A stretch of 62,170 nucleotides of DNA, from the IMG/VR virus record IMGVR_UViG_3300046557_000378, one strand, 5' to 3'. This DNA comes from a virus. Below the pieces are notes generated by a model that was not told the origin of the DNA, did no database searches, and saw only the letters and a program-made list of their open reading frames with translations. The position numbers and the translations under genes were made by a program. This document shows, one piece after another, positions 27,455 to 33,441 of this stretch (its first letter is position 1; every line of letters starts with the position of its first letter).

Positions 27455-27861
27455 GGCCTGCGCGTCTCGTGCCCCCAACGGCGGGACGTGCTACCGCAGT
27501 TGGCCGCACGGTGGCGGGAATTCGCCCCTCTGCCGTGCGTGTCGCACCTCGTCCCATGCGCATCACACCGTCTCTTCGTCCCCCGGAGCCCCCGCTGTAC
27601 CCCTCCCGTCGTGACGTTCTGCGACGGTGGGAGGAGTTGGAGGTGTGGTCCTGTGCCTACTGTGACTGCGCTTTCAACAAAAAGGTTGTACCGGAGGTGG
27701 ACCACGTTCGTCCGCTTGCGAAGGGCGGTCTTCACGAGTGGTCCAACTTCGCCCCGGCGTGCGCCTGGTGCAACCGCACGAAGGGTGATCAGGATGTTGT
27801 CAAATGGCTGGTCAAAACCACTGGTGAGAGTCTCACCGTGGAGCGCGCAGCGGACACGTAG
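27451..27861 (+). CDS. HNH endonuclease
   Basis: ATGA overlap with polymerase stop; CAYCDC...VDHVRPLAKGG...N..PAC.WCN. Confidence 0.8.
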   Translation: MRPARLVPPTAGRATAVGRTVAGIRPSAVRVAPRPMRITPSLRPPEPPLYPSRRDVLRRWEELEVWSCAYCDCAFNKKVVPEVDHVRPLAKGGLHEWSNFAPACAWCNRTKGDQDVVKWLVKTTGESLTVERAADT

Positions 27862-27944
27862 CGGTACACCGCACCGAGTCAACGTGCTTCACACTCTCTT
27901 CACTATGTAACGAATTAATTACGTCGAATCGCTCACGTCCCGGC

Positions 27945-27990
27945 TATGTCGACCGACATAACCCCAGGTGAGATTGGGTGGTCGACATAA
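27945..27990. promoter_or_regulatory. operator cluster: 16-bp dyad TATGTCGACCGACATA plus GGTCGACATAA
   Basis: Read directly in the AT-richer intergenic region 27862-28130. Confidence 0.5.
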
Positions 27991-28130
27991 CCCGGTCGCG
28001 TGCTCCGTATCGCCAAAGCGGACGTAGTTACCCATATGGGGCCGGATAGCGGAGCTGATCCGGCCGCTTGCTCATTGCCTGTGGAGGATGCGTGACTTAC
28101 AGTCCTGATCACGTCGCAGACGGACGGCGA

Positions 28131-28439
28131 ATGACCGAATTTCTTGACGCGCTTGATCGTGCGTCAGCTGAGGTCCGGCAGTTCGTCAACGCCTACGGCG
28201 ACGCAGTGACCATGCCGGGACGTCGTCCCGATGTGGATGCGGACGGAACCGGCCGGCAGGCGACGCACGGACCATCCCGCCCGACGGAGCTTGTGGCCCT
28301 AGACCTCGGTCGCGGAGCGCTCCAAGCAGAACTGAATAACGGCGTCAAGTGGCTGCCCTACGCGATAGCGGCAGTTCAAGGCGTCGCCGCATCCATGGAT
28401 CGCGCGCTCGCCCGATGGGAGGGGGAGGACGTGGCCTGA
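28131..28439 (+). CDS. hypothetical protein
   Basis: ATG 28131 in frame in track ORF 28068-28439. Confidence 0.5.
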   Translation: MTEFLDALDRASAEVRQFVNAYGDAVTMPGRRPDVDADGTGRQATHGPSRPTELVALDLGRGALQAELNNGVKWLPYAIAAVQGVAASMDRALARWEGEDVA

Positions 28440-28457
28440 ACAGTCCGGGGGGACGGG

Positions 28458-28679
28458 TTGATCATCATCACGGGGCCGCAAGCCACTGACGATGAAGTCG
28501 GGGATGTAGAAGAGATGGCGGCTTTGCTCGGGGCGCTGCCTGCCTACAGCGCCGCGATTCAGTGGGCGACGGTAACCGCCCTGTACTGCCTGGCCGGTTG
28601 GGAGACGTGCTCCCTGGCCGTGGCCGATGTTGCCGTGGCCGACGCACTCGGCCTGACGGTCCGGCACCTGCCTGTCTGA
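28458..28679 (+). CDS. hypothetical protein
   Basis: 73 aa; TTG start; acidic N-terminus, hydrophobic C-terminal half. Confidence 0.45.
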   Translation: MIIITGPQATDDEVGDVEEMAALLGALPAYSAAIQWATVTALYCLAGWETCSLAVADVAVADALGLTVRHLPV

Positions 28680-28684
28680 CCTCC

Positions 28685-28737
28685 GCTAGTCGACTGACGA
28701 AGCCCCCGTTCCTGCACGGGACGGGGGCTTTCGTTTG
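28685..28737 (+). terminator. palindrome variant GCTAGTCGACTGAC (28685-28698) followed by intrinsic terminator (28700-28737)
   Basis: AAGCCCCCGT-11 nt-ACGGGGGCTT then TCGTTT. Confidence 0.65.
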
Positions 28738-28771
28738 CCCAAATCACTGCGTGACCCAGGTCACTTACGAT

Positions 28772-28805
28772 CCCGCGTCACAACTAGCTCAGATTCCCCC
28801 ATTAC
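28772..28805 (+). promoter_or_regulatory. phage-specific promoter-like motif, copy 4 (upstream of sigma gene)
   Basis: CCCGCGTCACA-N11-TTCCCCCATTAC; 34 nt before ATG 28839. Confidence 0.5.
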
Positions 28806-28838
28806 CTCAGTACGCAAGGCACACACGGAGGAGACGGC

Positions 28839-29630
28839 ATGAACCGCATCGAGGTCACGGACGAGCAGATCCTTGCCGCACAGACGGGCGACGGTGACGC
28901 CATGTGGGACATCGTCCAGTCGTTCGACCCCATGCTGAAGAGCATCATCCGCAGCGCCGCCCCGAGCGCCAGCGCGGAGGACGCGGAGGATCACCTCCAA
29001 GAGGGACGCGCGGTATTGATCCAGCACATTCGCGACTACGACTCGTCGTCCTCGTCGGCTCAACTCTCCTCCTACGTCTACCGTGCTGTGCGCCGCGCCA
29101 TCGCGGAGGCGGACGTCGTGTCGAAGACTCCACTCACCATTGACGCAACGGCGGCGCTCCGTGTGCGCTGGGCGCTGTGGGAGTGCGGGGGAGACACCGA
29201 GCGGGCGTGGGCGACGTTCCGTGACGCGACGTCGCCGACGAAACGGATGAGCCGGGAACTGTTCATCGCGATGGTGGAGGCACTCGCCGGTACGGAGAGT
29301 CTGGACAGTCCGTTCGCGGGATCGCTTACCAGGCGTGCGGGCGCGATGGAGCGGGACAACGGCCTGACGCTCGCCGACGTCCTGGAAGACCGGGCGACGT
29401 CGGTCACCGACCCCCTGGAGCGCCGCGACCTCGCACGCTGGCTCATGACGCAGATCCCGCAACGTCAGTCACTCGCACTCCGCGCTTTCTACGGCGTCGG
29501 CATGACTCGCATGACCGACCCGGAACTGTGCGCGGACCTGGAGGTCAACGGCGTCGCCCTCCGACGGCTCCGCTCCCGCGGAGTGGCCTCCGCCCGCACC
29601 GTGGCCGACGCTCACGACCTTGCTGCGTAA
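28839..29630 (+). CDS. sigma-70-family RNA polymerase sigma factor (group-3-like)
   Basis: 263 aa; region-2-like DAMWDIVQSFDPMLKSII...EDHLQEGRAVLIQHIRDYD...SYVYRAVRRAI; region-4-like IPQRQSLALRAFYGVGMTRMTDPELCADLEVNGVALRRLRSRG. Confidence 0.7.
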   Translation: MNRIEVTDEQILAAQTGDGDAMWDIVQSFDPMLKSIIRSAAPSASAEDAEDHLQEGRAVLIQHIRDYDSSSSSAQLSSYVYRAVRRAIAEADVVSKTPLTIDATAALRVRWALWECGGDTERAWATFRDATSPTKRMSRELFIAMVEALAGTESLDSPFAGSLTRRAGAMERDNGLTLADVLEDRATSVTDPLERRDLARWLMTQIPQRQSLALRAFYGVGMTRMTDPELCADLEVNGVALRRLRSRGVASARTVADAHDLAA

Positions 29631-29664
29631 GACATTAACCATCATCTGACCTGGAGTTACGACC

Positions 29665-29811
29665 ATGAAGCGACTTCCTTCCCTCGACGACTACGACGTC
29701 GACGGTGTCCGCCTCGACGAGGCCGCCCTCTGGGGTGACGACATCAGGTACGCGGTGGAGGCCCGGAACGACTCAATGCCTCTCGACGGTTTCTCCGTCG
29801 AATCGCTCTGA
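29665..29811 (+). CDS. hypothetical acidic protein (48 aa, below track cutoff)
   Basis: ATG 34 nt after sigma stop; Asp-rich; ends 10 nt before operator 29822. Confidence 0.4.
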   Translation: MKRLPSLDDYDVDGVRLDEAALWGDDIRYAVEARNDSMPLDGFSVESL

Positions 29812-29821
29812 CCCACCCTCC

Positions 29822-29835
29822 GTCAAACGACTGAC
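29822..29835. promoter_or_regulatory. palindrome variant GTCAAACGACTGAC
   Basis: 28 nt before ATG 29863. Confidence 0.55.
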
Positions 29836-29862
29836 GCAGCTACAAGACACGAGGAGAGCCCC

Positions 29863-30330
29863 ATGGAGTTCACGCTGAAGTGCAAGCTCGACAGCAACGA
29901 GCGCGACCGCATCGAAGTCTCACGCGACTACGACGGCGACATCCGGTTCTACGCCCCCGCCAACAACACGGTGTTCACCGACGACTCCGGGGCGCGCGAG
30001 TTCGCCCGGAAGATCCTCGCGCTCGTCGGGGACGAGGCGCCGGAGGCGGAGCCGCTCAAGGTCGGTGACCTGGTGGAGGTCACCGTCGACCGTCACCACG
30101 ACACATCGGACGTCGGCAAGCGCGGGCGGCTGACGCGGATCGACACGGATGACGTCCCATACGGCGTCACCCTGGACAACGGCGCCTTCATCTGGGTCAC
30201 GGACGTCCGTAAGGTGCCGCCGACGGTCTCGTCCACCCGGTCCACCCTTCTCGCCGAAGCCCGCCGCGAGGCAGGTACCGGCGCCTCGCCGGCCGACGTT
30301 CTGGCGTACGCGAAGTTCCTGTCCGAGTAG
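29863..30330 (+). CDS. hypothetical protein with one KVGD SH3/KOW-like module (family member 3)
   Basis: 155 aa; LKVGDLVEVTV...; N-terminal domain shared with 30379 ORF. Confidence 0.65.
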   Translation: MEFTLKCKLDSNERDRIEVSRDYDGDIRFYAPANNTVFTDDSGAREFARKILALVGDEAPEAEPLKVGDLVEVTVDRHHDTSDVGKRGRLTRIDTDDVPYGVTLDNGAFIWVTDVRKVPPTVSSTRSTLLAEARREAGTGASPADVLAYAKFLSE

Positions 30331-30334
30331 CTCC

Positions 30335-30348
30335 GTCAGTCGACTGAC
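30335..30348. promoter_or_regulatory. perfect palindrome GTCAGTCGACTGAC
   Basis: 5 nt after stop 30328-30330, 31 nt before ATG 30379. Confidence 0.6.
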
Positions 30349-30378
30349 GCACCGCAAGACATCAACAGAGGAGAGAAC

Positions 30379-30951
30379 ATGACCGAGTACACGATCCGAT
30401 GCAACTCCGGTGTCAGCGACGTCATCATCGCCTACCGGGAGTCTGGCAGCGACTCCGTGAAGCTGAAGGGCACGCGTAGCGGAGAGTTCGCCATCGACGC
30501 GTACGCCACCCCGGACACCGCCCGCACATTCGCCCGCGGCATCCTCGCCCTGGCCGACGAGATCGACGGGGGAGAGGTTGCGGAGGCGGCCCCTCCCGCG
30601 CGTACCCCGGTGGTCGGCGACAAGGTCCGCGTCGCCGAAGACGACGCATTCAACCGGAGGGGCGAGTTCGTCGGCCTGGTCGGGACGCTGAAGGAGATCC
30701 GCTCCAGCGCCCGCCGGCTCCCGTACTACGTCGAGTTCGGCACCGGATCCGGGAAGCACGGCGACTCCGTGAACGGATCGTGGTACTGCGCGAGGGTCGA
30801 ACTCGTCGACGAGCCGGATACTGCCCCGGACCCGGAGCCGTCCCTCAGCGTGCGCGGTGAGTTCGTGGTGGAGGCTCAGGCGCTGCTCGTCGGCAAGGAG
30901 TACACGGCCATGGACCTCGTCACCGTGGCGGCGTTCCTGTCGGCGCCGTAG
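30379..30951 (+). CDS. hypothetical protein with one VVGD SH3/KOW-like module (family member 4)
   Basis: 190 aa; VVGDKVRVAEDDAFNRRGEFVG... matches module 3 of 19011 ORF. Confidence 0.65.
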   Translation: MTEYTIRCNSGVSDVIIAYRESGSDSVKLKGTRSGEFAIDAYATPDTARTFARGILALADEIDGGEVAEAAPPARTPVVGDKVRVAEDDAFNRRGEFVGLVGTLKEIRSSARRLPYYVEFGTGSGKHGDSVNGSWYCARVELVDEPDTAPDPEPSLSVRGEFVVEAQALLVGKEYTAMDLVTVAAFLSAP

Positions 30952-30955
30952 CTCC

Positions 30956-31024
30956 GTCAAACGACTGACGGAGGAAGTTTCTCCACGAACCATGTTGTGG
31001 TGGTCGACATAACTGTGCCATAGT
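30956..31024 (+). promoter_or_regulatory. early promoter/operator module 2
   Basis: GTCAAACGACTGAC 30956-30969; TTGTGG 30995-31000; N18 with GGTCGACATAA; CATAGT 31019-31024. Confidence 0.5.
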
Positions 31025-31088
31025 CGACCCCGCAAGGCACTGACGGAGAGGGGCGCTCCACACGGGGCGCCCCAGGGGAGGGGACGAG

Positions 31089-31400
31089 ATGGCCACCATC
31101 ACCGATTGGTCGGGCAAGGAAGTCACTGGCGTTCTTTCCGACGTCCCCGCCAAGTGGGCGTCTGTGAACGTGAGGGACGCGGGCTTCTCGCACTACGAGG
31201 CTGGCGGTGACCTGATCCGGGCGCGCGTCGAGTACAGCCACAAGCGCGGTTACTGGATCTGGGAGCTGTACTCGGGGTGCAGGTACGTGCCTGTTGACGA
31301 CAACGAGTACCGCACTCCCAAGACCTGTACCACGGCGCTCCAGGCTATTCGCGCCGTACAGCGCGCTGCCCGGAAGCACCGTGTAGCGCAGTACTTCTAG
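31089..31400 (+). CDS. hypothetical protein
   Basis: 103 aa; first six codons (MATITD) duplicated at 33138. Confidence 0.6.
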   Translation: MATITDWSGKEVTGVLSDVPAKWASVNVRDAGFSHYEAGGDLIRARVEYSHKRGYWIWELYSGCRYVPVDDNEYRTPKTCTTALQAIRAVQRAARKHRVAQYF

Positions 31401-31471
31401 CCGAAACGTCCTCCGGGGCGTCCGCGGGGCATGGCCTACCCGCGTTGAAGAGGCAGGCCGTTGGAGGGGAA

Positions 31472-31687
31472 ATGCGCGTCACTGGACGTTGGATCGACGA
31501 GGACGACAAGAACGGTCGGATGCCTGGAAAGTTCGGTACCGCTGAGGAGGCTGAGGACGCCGCCCGGAAGTTCATGGAGGGACACCCCACCGTGACCAGG
31601 GTGTCGATCAGCCACGAAACGGGCGGATGGCTCACCGACGTGGACCGAAGCGGAAAGTCGTCGCACGGGTGGCGTGCGAACCCCTGA
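31472..31687 (+). CDS. hypothetical protein
   Basis: ATG 31472 after GGAGGGG; in frame in track ORF 31445-31687. Confidence 0.5.
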   Translation: MRVTGRWIDEDDKNGRMPGKFGTAEEAEDAARKFMEGHPTVTRVSISHETGGWLTDVDRSGKSSHGWRANP

Positions 31688-31693
31688 ACCCCC

Positions 31694-31767
31694 GCCCCCA
31701 TAGGCAAGCCCGTCGACCTGGTACCCCCAGTGCCGGCGGGCGCGCGGTTCGAATCCGCGGCGGGGCA
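31694..31767 (+). pseudogene. tRNA remnant: intact T arm and 3' acceptor strand, degenerate 5' two-thirds
   Basis: CGCGG-TTCGAAT-CCGCG then GCGGGGC-A; 5' strand pairs 5/7; no D or anticodon arm can be drawn. Confidence 0.6.
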
Positions 31768-31802
31768 CGCGAAGCACCACACCCTGATTGAAAGTAGGAG
31801 CC

Positions 31803-32423
31803 ATGCCTCGACCCTCCCGCGCGCCGCTCATCGGAAGCCTCGCCCTGGCGGCAGTCGCCACGGCCGCAGCCATGTCGACGGTCCTGTCCGTCGCCTCCGA
31901 CGCGCAGGCGCCGGGTAACCCGCGCCTGTCCGACGTCACCACGGCGCCCGTCGTGACGCCCTCCCCGGTCGCTCCGTCGCCCTACCGCCCGACGCCGCAC
32001 ACGTCGCGTGAGGGGGAGCGCAAGGCACTGCCGCCGTCCTCCATCCTGCGCCTCACCACTCAGTCGACGAGGCCGGCGACGCCGCACCCCGTCGCGACGC
32101 CTCCGGCGGACATCAGGATCACCTACTACCGCGACTGCTCAGGGAACCCCCAGCCGTGCGTGGACGCGGGTTCCCTGACGCAGTACGCGGGACGGATCCT
32201 CGCCGGCCACAACTACATGGGCTACCAGTGGCTTTCCCGAGTCCCCGTCGGCCGCACGGTCCGCGTCATCTCCGGTCCACTCGCCGGGACGTACAAGGTC
32301 TACGGGCACCTGACCATCGGGCGCCAGGGCGGAGCCATCCCGAACTTCCCGGGGTCGCCGTCGCTGGTGCTTCAGACCTGCGAGGGAAGCGGGACGGGGT
32401 TCACGCTGCTGCACCGGGCGTAG
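31803..32423 (+). CDS. secreted sortase-like (class E/F-type fold) protein, tentative
   Basis: Signal-like N-terminus (LIGSLALAAVATAAAMSTVLSVASDAQA), Pro-rich linker, ILAGH...VGRTVRV...YKVYGH...LVLQTCEG...R matching the His/TLxTC/Arg layout. Confidence 0.45.
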   Translation: MPRPSRAPLIGSLALAAVATAAAMSTVLSVASDAQAPGNPRLSDVTTAPVVTPSPVAPSPYRPTPHTSREGERKALPPSSILRLTTQSTRPATPHPVATPPADIRITYYRDCSGNPQPCVDAGSLTQYAGRILAGHNYMGYQWLSRVPVGRTVRVISGPLAGTYKVYGHLTIGRQGGAIPNFPGSPSLVLQTCEGSGTGFTLLHRA

Positions 32424-32432
32424 CACCACAAG

Positions 32433-32636
32433 TCACTTACGTCGCCAACGGAAGATTGACTCAAGCAGTCCTCGGTAGAAGTAGGTCAGTGCGCGGATGA
32501 TGTCGGGGCGAGCGGCCTCCGACGTGCCACGGACACCGATGCGTAGGGTGATGATGCCGCCCACTATCACGACGACAACGAGGGCTAGCAGGTAGAGGGG
32601 CGCGACAGCCCATGGAACGACGCTGGCGTACGACAT
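32433..32636 (-). CDS. small membrane protein
   Basis: 67 aa; TM PWAVAPLYLLALVVVVIVGGIITL; GAGAGGAG RBS 4 nt upstream of ATG. Confidence 0.6.
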   Translation of the reverse strand: MSYASVVPWAVAPLYLLALVVVVIVGGIITLRIGVRGTSEAARPDIIRALTYFYRGLLESIFRWRRK

Positions 32637-33006
32637 GCGTCTCCTCTCAAAGTTGCTGCCTTCGAGAGGTCACCGCCCTGTGACGGTGCTTCAACCTCAA
32701 CGAAGGACAGGTTTTCCTGTCGACACGGCGCCCGCTTACCGTGCTCCGCCGGAGCGGATGTTTCGTTGAGGTCGTGTGCGCGACCTTCGGTACTGCATAG
32801 CGGGCGGGATAGCCGTCGGCTGGTAAGGCCGTCAGTGCCATCCCATACAGGGCATTCAGAAGCCCCAGCATCCTGTGGGGCAATGCCCCTGCAGGACGGA
32901 ATACGTGAGTGCGGCACCTCGGCGGCGGCGCCTCTTGTCTGTCGCGCAGGACGGTACACCACACATCGTCAGCCGCGCCAACTAGCTTGAGAGAACGGGA
33001 GTTGAA
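32637..33006 (-). other. highly structured untranslated region (candidate long 5' leader or ncRNA)
   Basis: No credible ORF; RBS-occluding hairpin 32643-32669; 79-nt cloverleaf 32694-32772 closed by an 11-bp helix; nested helices 32848-32891; TTCAAC-N16-TAGTTG promoter-like on minus strand at 33006-32979. Confidence 0.4.
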
Positions 33007-33038
33007 GGTGTAGGAGGCCGCGACGACGGCAGGGCTCC

Positions 33039-33101
33039 GTCAAACGACTGACGTTACTTCCCCTAAGGGTATTGTGGTGGTCGACATAACTGTGCCATAG
33101 T
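33039..33101 (+). promoter_or_regulatory. early promoter/operator module 3
   Basis: GTCAAACGACTGAC 33039-33052; TTGTGG 33072-33077; CATAGT 33096-33101. Confidence 0.5.
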
Positions 33102-33137
33102 GAGGGCAACGCAAGGGACTGACGAATGGGACGCAAA

Positions 33138-33350
33138 ATGGCCACCATCACCGACACTCAGATAGTTCGCATCGACACCGCCAACGACGAGCGTCGCAGC
33201 GTCTTCAGCATCCTGGTGGACGGTGGCTTTGACCCCGACGGCATCCGCCACGGCATCCGCGCTTCCGCGGGCCGTATTTGCCCCGCCCACTGCATCACCT
33301 GCCGCAACAACCGCGCTCACGCCAGCTGCGTTGGCTGCCCCGACTGCTAA
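33138..33350 (+). CDS. small Cys-rich protein
   Basis: 70 aa; C-terminal CPAHCITC...C.GCPDC (7 Cys in 24 aa). Confidence 0.55.
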   Translation: MATITDTQIVRIDTANDERRSVFSILVDGGFDPDGIRHGIRASAGRICPAHCITCRNNRAHASCVGCPDC

Positions 33351-33363
33351 ACCGAGCCACCCC

Positions 33364-33397
33364 GGAGCCCCTGTCAATTTCCGGCGACAGGGGCTCC
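33364..33397 (+). terminator. 12-bp stem-loop (no T-run)
   Basis: GGAGCCCCTGTC-10 nt-GACAGGGGCTCC. Confidence 0.5.
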
Positions 33398-33441
33398 ACA
33401 GCACCCCCAACTCACACACCACGCACACGAACTGAGGAGCC

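Noticed and set aside
31694-31767. A functional tRNA gene
   Set aside because: Only the T arm and the 3' acceptor strand are intact. The D and anticodon arms cannot be formed, so it is treated as a remnant.
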